DNA of 64,000 nucleotides from Octopus sinensis (GCF_006345805.1 NC_043011.1:49550464-49614463), one strand, 5' to 3'; numbered from the stretch's first letter, positions 25,935-39,394 are shown. Notes: a model not told the origin generated them from the sequence alone. A program made the numbers and translations.

Positions 25935-27776
25935 TGTTTGTACTGTTTGTTTCCTTCAGCAAATGCATGTTATGCCATGAGGAAATATTACCTACCTTGG
26001 CAACATGTAAGGATTGGCAACAAGAAGGGCATTTGGCCGAAGAGAATGTGTATTTTATCTGATCCATGCAAGCATGGAAAAATGGATGTTAAAGCAAAAA
26101 CGATTTTACAATTTCAAAATAATACTTTCGGTGCTAAGCCATTTGGTATCATCTCACATTCAATTTAAAAATACTGTCCATTTTAAAATGTAAACATTCA
26201 AATTAAAACCTATCATAAATTTAAATAAGAAGCTTCCAGCATATTCCTAAGCTCTAAACACCATCTGGATTACTGAGAGAGGCTTGGATTACTGAGAGAG
26301 TATCTATGATTGCTCGTGTCTATACAAGCACCTAAAAACAATCAGCAAAAGCAAGGCACATGTTTTCCAAGCCATACTTGATCTCAGGGAATGACTATAT
26401 ATGGTGTCTGAGGATAAGACAAAGATGGTCATAGCTGGAATATAGTTAATCATGTCTGCTACTGTTATTGTTGTTGTGAGATCAGGGCTAATCCGGGGCT
26501 AAACAACAATACCGGTGGATCTAGTTGACTATAATCTTTCTACTAGTACAATGTAGGACCTAGTTAAAAGACAAGTGAATGGGGCAATTTTGAGAGTCAA
26601 ATAAGTTGGTTGGCTGTAGACAACAGCTGCTAGTGGTGTTGTTAGTATTTGAACCCCTGCACTACTCACAACAGCTGCTCTCTGATCAACTTACCCACTC
26701 AAGTTCTCCTATGACATTAGCTCTTTAGTATTTAAACCAATTATATCCGGCCCAAATAATCTTATTTGTTTTACGTTCAAACCAGACATATTATTGGGCT
26801 TCTCACATCTGCCCTAGAATGTCTTTCTAAAAATATATAATCCAGGCATGGCTGTGTGGTAAGAAGCTTGCTTCCCAACCAAATGGTTCTGGGTTCAGTC
26901 CCACCACATGGTACCTCAAGCAAATGTTTTCTACTTATAGCCTCAGGGCGATCAAAGCCTTGTGAGTGGATTTTGATAGATGGAAACTGAAAGAAGCTTG
27001 TTGTGTATATGTGTGTGTGAGTGTGTGTCTTTGTGTGTGTCCCTCCATCACCACTTGACAACTAGTGTTGGTGTGTTTACATCCCGTTAACTTAGCAGTT
27101 CGGCTAAAGACACCCACAGAATAAGTACTAGGCTCAAGAGAGAAAAAAGTCTTAGAGTCGATTTGTTTGACTAAAACCCTTCAAGGTGGTGCTCCAGTGA
27201 AATGACTGAAACAAGTAACAGAATATCATCAAAACCTCAAAGCTCCAAGATAATGCATGATTTAATTCAAAGCAATGTGAATAAATAAGCATTTCGTTTG
27301 GGTGAGTAATTTGAATGCTAACGGGTTAGAGCAGTCATATCCAGCCCAAACATTCTGTTTTATTCTCAAACTGCCCAGATGTGGCCTCTCACACATAGCC
27401 TACAATGTCATTCTAAAAACAGACAATTACATTATTGAAATCCCAAAGGTAAGAGATGATGCATGATTTAATTCAAAGCAATGCGAATAAATAGGCATTT
27501 CATTTGGGCGAGTTATTTGAATGCTAACGGGTTACAGCAGTCATATCCTACCTATTTTATTCCCAAACTGCTCAGATCTGGCCTCCTACACATACCCTGC
27601 AATATCATTCTAGAAATCCCAAAGCTAAGAGAAAATGTATGATTAATTCAAAACAATGTGAATAAACAACCATTACATTTGACAGAATAATCTGAATCTA
27701 AAGGGTTAAACCATGAGAAAAAAATCACGAGAGAGGGGCTTAAGAAGCAATCACCAGCAATCATATCCGTCCATAC

Positions 27777-28159
27777 CTTTTCTCTTAATGGTCATAGCGT
27801 CATACTCCATATCGTCATCCTCATCCTCCTCATCATCGTCATCATCGTCGTCGTCATCAGTCTGCCGTCTGGGCAGGCTATCCCGTAATAGATTGATGGC
27901 GGTGTCAGCGGGTTCCGGTTGGGGTGAGATAGCTCTCATCTGAACCGCAGGGGCCACTGGTTGTGGGAGAGGAACCGAGGGAGTATGATGCTGCGGTTGC
28001 TGCTCTTGCTGTAGATGTCGTCGGCTGACTGGCACTTCGTAGCCGTCATGGCGCGATGACTGTAGGCTGGGAGGCACCTGAGGCGGAGGGCCTGTTGGCG
28101 AGATGGGCTCAGGACTCGTCGGTTCGTTATAGCCGTCAACATAATGATCCAGTGATTGC
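27777..28159 (-). CDS. DBNL: Drebrin-like protein, putative exon 10, Pro-rich/acidic linker
   Basis: tcttttcaag|...|gtatgg, 383 nt, phase 2 to 1, open throughout; QSLDHYVDGYNEPTSPEPISPTGPPPQVPP...LPRRQTDDDDDDDDDEEDEDDDMEYDAMTIKRK. Confidence 0.88.
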
Positions 28160-29532
28160 CTTGAAAAGAAAAAAATTAAATAATGAAAATTATGACATTC
28201 AATAAACCCCTATATGACATTCAATAAACCCCTATATGACATTCAATAAACCTCTATAAACCCCTCAATAAACATAGGCAAAGGTGCAGCTGTGTGGTAA
28301 GATGCTTGCTTCCCAACCACATGGTTCCAGGTTCAGTCCCATTGCATGACACCATGGGCAAGTGTCTTCTACTATAACCTTGGGTTGACCAAAGCCTTGC
28401 AAGTGAATTTAGTAGATGAAAACTGAAAGAAGCCCATTGTGTGTGTGTGTGTGTGTGTGTATGTATATATTTATGTGTGTCTCTTTGTGTTTGTCCTCAC
28501 CATTAGCACTCGACAACTGATGTTGGTGTGTTTAAGTCCCCGTAAATTAGCAGTTCAGCAAAAGAGAACAATTGAATAAGCACTAGGCTTACAAAGAATT
28601 AAGTCCTGGGGTTAATTTCTTTGACAAAAACCTTTTTTAAGGCGGTGCTCCAGCATGGCCGCAGTCAAATGACTGAAACAAGTAAAAAAAAAAAGGAAAA
28701 AAAAAAAAGAAACAGAAACACAGGATGCTGTAACAATAAAATTATCATCATCATCATCCCTGAATGTGGTTGAACAACCTGTCTCAACCAGTCAGAATTC
28801 ATAGTACAATCACCTCCCACACCCAGTCCAGGTGCTTGATTCAATGGGATTATACATCCTTTTGATTGGTTAATGCAAAAACATTGGCTTGCAAGATCTC
28901 CATTCAGATGAATTCCCTCAGTCACCATCTCACCCGTCTACTCTCGCCTTTAGTCGAGCAAATCAACCCCAGGACTTATTCTTTGGAAGCCTAATACTTA
29001 TCCTATCGGTCTCTTTTGGCGAACCACCAAGTTACAGCGACGTAAACACACCAGCAACTGTTGTCAAGCGATGTTGGGGGGACAAACACAGACACACAAA
29101 CATATGCACACATATATATATATATATATATATACGATGGGCTTCTTTCAGTTTCCATCTACCAAATCCACTCACAAGGCTTTGATCGACCTGAGGCTAT
29201 AGTTGAAGACACTTGCCCAAGGTGCCACGCAGTGGGACTGAACCCGGAACCATGTGGTTGATAAACAAGCTACTTACCACACAGCCACTCCTATGCTTCC
29301 TTGTAACTTCCTTTCAATCTGCTGACCTTTCCACATATAAACTAGTCATCCCTTTTCTCCCCTTTTCATTTCTTAGACAATATTGGATGGCTGTAGACTC
29401 TCCTGAGTTTTTCCATCTCTTGTCAGGTTTTGTATTTTAACCCACCAGGTGCCCAATAATTCCCCCACCTCACCAAGCAAGCTTGGTAGGGTTGCCAGTT
29501 TAGTCGTTGATGACCCAATCATGCAACAGGTT

Positions 29533-29650
29533 GTACAGGGTCATATGACGTTGAAAGCACCGGTTCTCGTCCGATCACTGAAGTTAAGCAATGTTGAGCC
29601 TAGTGAGTACTTAGATGGGTGACCGCTTGGGAAACCTAGGTGCAGTAAGT
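29533..29650 (+). pseudogene. Diverged single 5S rRNA copy (pseudogene or retrocopy)
   Basis: catatgacgttgaaagcaccggttctcgtccgatcactgaagttaagcaatgttgagcctagtgagtacttagatgggtgaccgcttgggaa matches metazoan 5S including boxes A and C; no oligo-T terminator, runs directly into a SINE head. Confidence 0.9.
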
Positions 29651-30072
29651 AAAGGCGGCGATCTGGCAGAAACGTTAGCACGCCGGCGAAGTGCTTAGTG
29701 GTATTTCGTCTGCCTTTACGTTCTGAATTCAAATTTCGCCGAGGTCGACTTTGCCTTTCATCCTTTAGTCCAGTAGTGTAGGCCATGGTGGTTTGGCCAC
29801 ATCAGAATAAGCACCAGAATACTACTACATCAACTCTGGTGGCAGCAGTGATCCAAGCACTGGAGAATATAGCACAGTGCACCAACAAAGACAATAGGTG
29901 AAGACATCTCGATGTCCAGCATGCGAAGGCCAATGCCATGGATTGGAAGGCATGGAATAACATCATCACTAAAACTCGTCACCCAGTGGCACCCACAGCA
30001 GTGTATTGATTGAGGGGACAGTCTCTTCCTCCAGTTGCCAGCTAGGGATATTATGCTTTAGTTTTTACTTAC

Positions 30073-30176
30073 CTACGCGGAGGACCTGGTGCTGGGTCAA
30101 ATTCCACCTCTCGAGATCTTTGCTCAAATAAAGCTCGTTTACTCTGGGTCTTGTTAGACACCACATGCTGTGCCTC
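30073..30176 (-). CDS. DBNL: Drebrin-like protein, putative exon 9
   Basis: attgtttcag|...|gtaagt, 104 nt, phase 0 to 2; EAQHVVSNKTQSKRALFEQRSREVEFDPAPGPPR, including the xALFEQ motif of the Abp1/cortactin family. Confidence 0.9.
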
Positions 30177-31146
30177 CTGAAACAATAAAAAAAAACAAAC
30201 AAAAAAATCAATCAATCAATCAATCCAATGTAATCATCATCATCATCATTATCATCACCACCATCACATTCATTATGATCGTTGTTATCACAGTGATGCT
30301 GACCATATTGCGGTAGCTAACACTGACCGTAGTAACAATTACTAAACCACAAAGTACTATTACCTAAACTACTGACCACACACTGCTAGAGTTAGCCCTC
30401 CTTGCCTATTTAACACAAGATGGTAGGGTGAAAGACCTATGTATATTGCCAAGTTCAACTATATCACAGCTTGTTCCTCAGCTGTTTTTGCAAAGTCTAC
30501 AGACGTTTAGTCAGCCTATAACATTGTCATCATTCACATCATTCAATGAAACATTGAAATCCAAAAGTCACAGAAAATGATCTCCAATTTACTTAACTTT
30601 GTAGTACAAATGTCTTGTTTTCATAAGTTCTGAATTAAAATCTTTCACCAAACCTTAGTCACAATTTATGTTCCTAACACTAGCTGAATGATAACTAAGT
30701 TATTTTAATAAATTCTTTGTTATATTTAAAATAATTGAAAAGAAAAAAACAGAACATCTCAAAATACAGTAATGAAAGGGTTAATTTATCAACCCCAAAA
30801 GGATGAAAGGCCAAGTCAATGTCAGCAGAATTTAAACTCAGAATACAAAGAACCAGAAGAGATGAAGCTAGATATTTTGTCCAACGTACTAATGATTCTG
30901 CCAACTAACCACCATTAATAATAATAATCCTTTCTACTATAGGTACAAGGACTGAAATTTGGTGGGAGAGGACTAGAGGATTACATAGGCCCTAGTGTTT
31001 CAATGGTACTTAATTTATCAACCCCAAAAGGATAAAAGGCAAAGTTGACCTCAGCAGAATTTAAACTCAGAATGTGAAAAGGGACGAAATGCTGCTATGT
31101 ATTTCACCCAATATGCTAACGATTTTGCCAGCTCATTCCCTTAATA

Positions 31147-31175
<29 letters not shown>

Positions 31176-31177
<2 letters not shown>

Positions 31178-31799
31178 GCCCAGATGCAGTATTCTTGCAC
31201 TGATTGCAGTAAGTATGCCCTGATGCAGTAACAGACAGTGGCTATGCCCTGATGCAGTACCAGGCAGTGGCTCTCATGGCTTCTAATCTTAACTCATTGG
31301 AAGTGTTATCATGTACATTGTTTTGTCTTGGTATAAAAGACGGGCTACAGCAAATATTCTGCTCAATACCACAGATTTGCTTGTCAGTTGTTTGACCTTA
31401 ACCAGTTGACCATGTCCTTTAGTGGCTGACGATATGTGTATCTCTGACCATGAGCAGAAGTAGTAGGGGAGCATCACAGCCTTGTGTTGAGAGGAATTCT
31501 TGGAGGTTTGGATAATTCACCTTTGGAAACATGGGTGGTTCGTTCAACATCCTTAGACAATCATTATTCAGAGACCTTTTGAGCGGGATGGGCTACTCGA
31601 CCAGAAGAAAATTCTAACTGGGCCCCACCTGCAAGGTCATGTGCTGTTTATCTTTGTATGAGATCACCATGTCATGCACATATGGTTGTGATACATGTGC
31701 CTGGTGTACTCTTATCAGACGGGTAGTCGTGATGGGTATACTGGGCTTTGTATATTTTACCCCAGTGTCACTTTGATGGCATGCACTGCTCTCTCACTC

Positions 31800-31800
<1 letters not shown>
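31176..31800. mobile_element. ~560-620 bp interspersed repeat flanked by (AAT)n
   Basis: Highly similar to 36144-36700; both copies are bounded by (AAT)n on both sides. Confidence 0.75.
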
Positions 31801-31830
<30 letters not shown>

Positions 31831-33601
31831 TTTATAGGATTGAGGCTACTCCTCCAGAAAGTAAAGAAGCAATAAAGAATAGTGCAACTGTTATCAAATG
31901 AACGATATTTCAACATCTCTGTAAATATAAATGAACAATATTTCAACAATCCTAAAAATATTACCAAAATGAAGTAGATAGACAAGTTTATTTGTGAACC
32001 TGTGGAAGACACACGAGATGTCAAAATATCGTTCATTTGATACTCTTCTTTACTGCTTCTAATAATAACAATAATAATAATAATCATCCTTTCTAATAAA
32101 GTATGTCTTAGACAGGCTTTTGGGGAAGTATTTATGAAAATAAACAAAAGACTAAGGCAGGTGGAGTACAAACAAACAAATGTATTAGTATAGCGCTCAG
32201 GAACAGAAAAAGTCTTTTACATTTCGAGCCTACGCTCTTCGACAGAAAGATACACAGAAAAAAACAAGGAGAGAAAAAAAATGCGTGTAGGAGCTAACGA
32301 TCTATGTGCTGGTTGAGTACCTCAATCCCAGTCTGAACTGGTACTTACTTCATCAACCCTGAAAGGATGAATGGCAAAGTCAACCTCAGTGGAATTTGAA
32401 CTCTGAACATGAAGATAGATGAAATGCCACTCAGCATTTTGCCAAGCCTGCTAATGATTCTGCTAGCTCATCATCATCATCATCATCATCATTTAACATT
32501 CGATTCCCATGCCAGCAGGGGCCGAATAGGTGGACAGAAGCTGACCAGCTGAGGGGCTGTTCAGGCTCCTTGTCTGTTTTGACATGGTTTCTACAGCTGG
32601 ATGTTCTTCCTAACACCAACCACTCTACAGAGTGTACCGGGTGCTTCTACACAGCACCGGCATGGGTGCTTTTCATGTGGCAGCAGCACCTACGAGCCCA
32701 CAAAATTAGGGATGCTCAGCTGGAGAGGGTTGTAAGGGACAAGTCTGTATGCAAGGGCAACCACACTTTTACTTAGCTTAGCATGTCTTTTCAAGCAAAC
32801 TGCCAGGAGCCTCGGTCCCTTGTCATCCCCTTTGTAAGTCCCAATGTTTCTTAGCTACTTTCTCACCACTTCGTCCCATACCTTCCTGGGTCCAACCCAT
32901 CCACATGTTCCCTCTACACCACCTTAATAATAATCCTTTCTACTAAAAGCAGAAAGGCCTGAAAATTCAGGGAAGGGGATCAGTCGATTACATTGACCCC
33001 CAGTGCTTGACTGTTACTTATTTTATTGACCCCAAAAGGATAAAAGGCAAAGATGACCTCGGCAGAATTTGAACATAAAGACAGATGAAAAGCCGCTAAG
33101 CATTTTGCCAAGCATGCTAATGATTCTGCCAGCCTTACATCACCTTAATAATAATAACAACAACAACTATCCTTTCTATTATAAGCACAAGGTCCAAAGT
33201 TTTGGGGGAGGGTACTAGCCGTGACCCCAAAAGGATGAAAAGCAAAGTCGAACTCGATGGAATTTGAACTCAGAACATAGCGACAGGTGAAATACCATTA
33301 AGCATTTCGTCCAGCATGCAAACAATTCCTATTTCTTTATTGCCCACAAGGGTCTAAACATAGAAGGGACAAACAAGGACAGACAAAGGGATTAAGCTGA
33401 TTACATCAACCCCAGTGTGTAACTGGTACTTAATTTATCAACCTCGAAAGGATGAAAGGCAAAGTTGCCCTCGGCGGAATTTGAACACAGAATATAATGG
33501 CAGACGAAATACCGCAAAGCATTTCGCCCGGTGTGCTAACGTTTCTGCCAGCTCACTGCCTTTAACAACAACAACAATAATAATAATAAAAGTAGACTTA
33601 C

Positions 33602-33682
33602 AGCAACTCTTTCCTTACGTAGGGATTCACTGCGCATTCTTCTCTCTTCTTCATCTTTCTTACACTCTGCCTGCATTTTAGC
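33602..33682 (-). CDS. DBNL: Drebrin-like protein, putative exon 8, coiled coil
   Basis: ttgtttcaag|...|gtaagt, 81 nt, phase 0; AKMQAECKKDEEERRMRSESLRKERVA. Confidence 0.85.
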
Positions 33683-34892
33683 CTTGAAACAAAAATATAC
33701 AATAGGGAGGATTACATTAAAAGATAAGAAGCAGTTATTTCATGAGGATGTCTTGTCTTTCATCCCATTCCTCAAAACACATCATCTTAATGACTTAGTA
33801 ATTCAGTGAGTGAAGGAGACATATATGGCTTAAGACCAGGGTTGTTTGTCTTAGGACGGCTGTATTGCTGTTATGGTTGATGATGATGATGATGATATTC
33901 TTTAGCCCCAGGTCAGTTTTATCCCAGCAGACATACTAAGGTCAAAGACAATCTAGCTGCGACCGTCCCTTTTTGATTTCAAGCATAGTGTACCTGCTGA
34001 GAGCCCCTTCAGCCGTGACTGACCATAGGACTGCATCTAGAAAGTTACCCTCCCAGGCACAAGTACGGGCAAGGTTGTTTATGGAAGACCAGCAGTCGCC
34101 CGTGCATACTGGCCTCCCTTCTCCATGCCACCAGTGCTATCCAAGGGGAAGGCCAAGGCCAATACAGCTTGGCACCTGTGGCGTCGCAACTCATTTCTAC
34201 AACTGAGTGAACTGGAGCAACGTGAAATAAAATGTCTTGCTCAAGAATACAACACGCAGCCCAGTCCGGGATTCGAACTCACAACCTTGCGATCATAAGC
34301 TCGACACTCTAACCACTGAGCCATGCGCCTTCACACATAGTGTACCAAGGTCTATATTATACCTTCGTTACATACACATTCCCCATTTATTTTAACATGG
34401 TTGAATGCGATTTGAGGACTTGAAGGATATTTGGCAGCTATTTCTTTTGGATAGGCTGACCACAAGAGACTCCAATCTGAAAGAAATAGCAGCCATTTAC
34501 TACTTACTTGTAGTGTTCGTTTTGAGGTACCCTAACATTAACATAAATTGTAGACAGCATTCTTCTCTATGGCATTGAAATCCAGACCAAGAAGAAAGGA
34601 TTTCAAGATCCATTTGATGGTATGTACACAAGGCTTCTCATGAGGGCACAGAATACTTCATGATATGAACACATGACCAAAGAGAAAATTCATGGATGGA
34701 TACATCCTATTCATCATTTCTACTAATGTTTCTCAACAAAGGTTGGGCTTTTGGTAGTCACTGTTGTCGTGTTGATTAACAAGCCATACCAGACATAACT
34801 AAGTGATGTTATTGGCAATGATTCACAACATAAAACAGAACTTATTTGGCCTATCAAAGCAAATGGGACACAGATATTCCTAGTACAGATTT

Positions 34893-35205
34893 GGAGGCAC
34901 ATGGCCTAGTGGTTAGAGCAGCAGACTCGCGGTCGAGGGATCGCGGGTTCAAATCTCAGACCAGGCGACGTGTGTGTTTATGAGCGAAACACCTAAGCTC
35001 CATGCAGCTCCGGCAGAAGGTAACGGCGAACCTCTGCTGACCCTTTCGCCACAACTTTCTCTCACTCTTTCCTCCTGCATCTCGCAGCTCACCTGCGACG
35101 CACCGGCGTCCCGTCCCGTCAAGGTGGGGAACCTATACGCCTAGGAAACTGGGGAAACCGGCCCTTATGAGCCAGGCGTGGCTCGAGAAGGAACAAACAA
35201 CAAAC
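34893..35205 (+). mobile_element. tRNA(Arg)-like SINE family C
   Basis: A box tggcctagtgg, B box ggttcaaatc, TCG anticodon-like loop, (aac)n tail; copies at 45151-45458 (+), about 6212-6500 (-) and 24300-24675 (-). Confidence 0.8.
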
Positions 35206-36106
35206 AAATACAGCTTTGTGAGATGCATCTTAGTTGTGACAACTTAAAAAAGTAAAAGAAAGAATTATCTAAAGAGAGAGAGAGAGAGAGGAAGGAAGAC
35301 AAATGTAAACAACAGAACTCCTGAATGAAAGAGACAGAGGTGTATTAAAAGAGGGGTGAAGGAAGAGGAGTGTTAACAGTACATACCCAATTCTCCTTCT
35401 CTTCCTGTTTATTTGTTGTACCTTTGGTTTTCGATTCATAAACCTTTTGTTGATTAATTACTTTCATCTTCTCTCGGATTTTCTTCTCACGCTCTGCTGT
35501 TTCTTGTTCCTGCAAATGACAATAAATTATTATTATTATAGTAATTCCTTCTACTATACAGGCACAAGGCCTGAAATTTCGGGTAGTCGATTAATTCCAC
35601 CCCAGTACTCAACTGGTATTTATTTCATTTAACGTCTGCCGTTACGTTGTGAGTTCAAATTCCGCCGAGGTCGACTTTACTTTTCATCTTTTCGGGGTCG
35701 ATAAATTAAGTACCGTTACGCACTGGGGTCGATGTAATCGACTTAATACTATGTCTGTCCTTGTTTTTCCCCTCTGTGTTTAGCCCCTTGTGGGTAGTAA
35801 AGAAGTAGGTATTTATTTCATTGATCCCCCACAAAACGATGAAAGGCAAAGCTGGCCTCGGTGGAATTTGAATTCAGAACATCATCATCATCATCATCGC
35901 TTAACGTCCACTTTTCATGCTAGCATGTGTTGGATGGTTCAACTGGGGTCTGGGAAGCCCGAAGGCTGCACCAGGCCAGTCAGATCTGGCAGTGTTTCTA
36001 CAGCTGGATGCCCTTCCTAACGCCAACCACTCCGTAAAGAAGGTAAACTGCTGTGTTATGTCTAGTGTGCTAATGATTGTGCCAGCTTGCTACCTTAATA
36101 ATAATA

Positions 36107-36143
<37 letters not shown>

Positions 36144-36144
<1 letters not shown>

Positions 36145-36700
36145 TGCCCTGATGCAGTATCAGGCAGTGGCTCTCGTGGCTTCTGATCTTAACTGATTGG
36201 AAGTATTATCATGTACATTGTTTTGTCTTGGTATAAAAGATGGGCTACAGCAAATATTCTGCTCAATACCACAGATTTGCTTGACAGTTGTTTGACCTTA
36301 ATCAGTTGAGCATGTCCCTTAGTGGCTGACGATATGTGCATCTCTGATCACGAGCAGAAGTAGTGGGGGAGCATCATAGCCATGTGTTGAGAGGGATTCT
36401 TTGGGGTTTGAATAATTCACCTCTGGAAACATTGGTGGTTCTTTCAACATCCTTAAACAACCCTTATTCAGGGACCTTTTGAGCGAGATGGGTCACTCAA
36501 CCAGAAGAAAATTCTAACTGGGCCCCCACCTGCAAGGTCATGTGCTGTTTATCTTGATATGAGATCACCATGTTGCGCACATATGGTTGTGATGCATGTG
36601 CTTAGTGTACCTTTATCAGACTGGTAGTCGTGATGGGTATACTGGGCTTCGTATATTTTACCCCAGTGTCACTTTGATGGCATACACTGCTCTCTCACTC
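36144..36700. mobile_element. Second copy of the (AAT)n-flanked repeat
   Basis: See 31176-31800. Confidence 0.75.
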
Positions 36701-36744
36701 AATAATAATAATAATAATAATATCGAAACAAATATCAATGGAAA

Positions 36745-37128
36745 TAGTAGTTGTGATACCTGTGTCGGTGGCACATAAAAAGCACCATCCGAACGTGTCC
36801 GTTGCCAGCACCGCCTCGACTGACTTCTGTGCCGGTGGCACATAAAAAGCACCATCCGAACGTGGCCGATGCCAGCGCCGCCTTGGCTGGCTTCTGTGCC
36901 GGTGGCACATTAAAAACACCAACCAATCGTGGCCGATGCCAGACACCCCTGGCACCTGTGCAGGTGGCACGTAAAAAGCACCCACTACACTCGCGGAGTG
37001 GTTGGCGTTAGGAAGGGCATCCAGCTGTAGAAACACTGCCAGATCAGACTGGAGCCTGGTGCAGCCCTGGCTTCCCAGACCCCGGTCGAACCGTCCAACC
37101 CGTGCTAGCGCGTTAAACGATGATGATG
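36745..37128 (+). mobile_element. Interspersed repeat family D, (GAT)n-tailed, probably a SINE or LINE-tail derivative, with internal ~64-bp repeats
   Basis: gtggcacgtaaaaagcacc...ggcgttaggaagggcatccagctgtagaaac...gttaaacgatgatgatg; copies at about 11703-11965, 23160-23525, 44893-45150 and 55132-55505. Confidence 0.7.
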
Positions 37129-38812
37129 ATGGATAATTATGGTTTCAAATTTTAGAACAAGGCCAGCAATTCCAGAGGAATAGTTAGTTACATCGACCCC
37201 AGCACTCAATTGGTGCTGTATTTTATTGACTCCGAAATGACGAAAGGCCACGCCGGCGTTGGCAAGGTTTGAACTCAGAATGTAAAGCATGAGAAGAAGT
37301 GTTGAAGAGCATTCTATCCAATGGTCTAATGATTGTACCAATCCACGACTTTAACAACAATATAGTCATAATGGTAGCAATGAGTGAAACTGTACTTTTC
37401 CATTTACCCCAACCTTTGGAAGAACAAAAGTGAAAGTCAGAAAAAGGCGGTGAGCTGGCAGAAACGTTAGCATGCCGGGCGAAATGCTTTGTGGTATTTC
37501 GTCCGCCGCTGCATTCTGAGTTCAAATTCCGCCGAGGTCGACTTAAGTATTCATCCTTTCGGGTTTGATAATTTAAGTACCAGTTACGTACTGGGGGTCG
37601 ATGTAATTGACAATCCGTTTGTCTGTCCTTGTTTGTCCCCTATATGTTTAGCCCCATGTGGGCAGTAAAGAAATAAAAGTCAAAGCCATCACCAGTTCAA
37701 TTTGAACACAGGGTCCAAAACAACTGTCATTAAATACATCAATAAGAATTCCATCTGTGGTTTCTCCACCTGCTTCTACATTCAACCACAAGGTAGTAGC
37801 ACATCAGCAGAATCAGTAGAGCATCAGAAAGAATGCTCTGTGGTATTAGTTCCAGCGGCGAGCTGGCAGAAACGTTAGCATGCCGGGCGAAATGCTTAGC
37901 GGTATTTTGCCTGCCGTTATGTCCTGAGTTCAAATTTCGCCAAGGCCGACTTTGCCTTTCATCCTTTCGGGGTTGATAAATTAAGTACCAGTTATGCACT
38001 GGGGTCGATGTAATCAACTTAATCTGTCTGTCTGTCCTTGTTTATCCTCTCTGTGTTTAGCCCCTTGTGGGTAGTATAAAAATAGGTATTAGTTCCAGCC
38101 TCTGTGCTTGGAGTTCAAATTCTACTAATACCAAAATTTACCATTCATTACTTCAAGATTGATAAATAAAGAACTAACCAAACACCAGTGTAATTCTCTC
38201 AACTTTTTCCCATCCCCACAATTCTTTCTCTTGCTCTCTCTTAGAATCAGCTAAGTGGATGGGCCAAGTAGGATGTGCTTGCACCATAACCTCAATCTCT
38301 TGGCCACCAATGTGTAAACCCAAGAAAAAAGAAAGAGCATTCAACCTCCACATAATCCCATGTGATACACCTGGTATGTCTTCTCTTCTCACCATCGTTC
38401 TGACTTTATCTCACCTGATAAACAGCTATACTGAACACTTCACACAATGTAATAATAATAATTCAAAGGAATGAGTCACCTTGCAATTAACCAGACAATC
38501 AAGGTGTTCTCAGATTTCTTTAATTATCATGTGCCCCCCTTTTGCAGTGCTGATCTCCAACCTAGGTCCAATTATTTAAGGCCATACCAGTTCTTGATTG
38601 ATAATTTATTTTAATGTCACTTCCACCTCAGAACTGAGTCACAACTCAGAAATTCAAAAACACAAAAGGAATCTGTGTAGGACTTGAACTCAGAATGTAA
38701 AGGTTATAGCTATATACTGCAAACTAACGATGACATTAATTTCAGCAGCTACAGCTCCTCCTGGGATCTCCACCACACATATATGCCAACTCATTACTCC
38801 ATAGAACACAAG

Positions 38813-38846
<34 letters not shown>

Positions 38847-38870
38847 AAAAAACCATCCAACCACACAAAC

Positions 38871-38957
38871 CTCTCGTTTCTTCCGATCTTGTTCAAGTCT
38901 ATCTTTCTCCTTCGCTAACCTGTCTCGATCTTCTTGTTGACGTTTCTTTTCTTCTTC
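38871..38957 (-). CDS. DBNL: Drebrin-like protein, putative exon 7, coiled coil
   Basis: ctactttcag|...|gtttgt, 87 nt; EEEKKRQQEDRDRLAKEKDRLEQDRKKRE. Confidence 0.9.
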
Positions 38958-39394
38958 CTGAAAGTAGGGAGAGAAAGAGGGAAGATATATATATATATGT
39001 ATGTATGTTTATATATATATATATTTATATATTTATGTGAAAATCAAAATCAAAATCGAAATCGATCAACATCAATGGAATTTGTAGTTGTGATACCAGT
39101 GCCAGTGGCACGTAAGAGAACCATCTGCCCATTGAGAAATTCACTGCCAGATTTCGATGGTAAATACTTTAGCTTTATGGAATAACCACGTGTGCATAAA
39201 TGCAAACAAACACAGACAAACATATATAGACATACACACACACATTTTATACATCTATAATTTTATAACAGTATAACAGTTCATCTCAACTTAGCCAAAC
39301 TGTTATTAAATAATACAGTTCTATATTTAAGAGATGAGGAATTATGCACATTATTTACATTTGACGGATATTTGCCCTCATCTTGTTTGTTATT

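Noticed and set aside
31864-32060. Minus-strand ORF segment RSSKEEYQMNDILTSRVSSTG as a DBNL exon
   Set aside because: It is one arm of a ~45-bp inverted repeat, and flanking exons 33602-33682 and 30073-30176 already join in frame.
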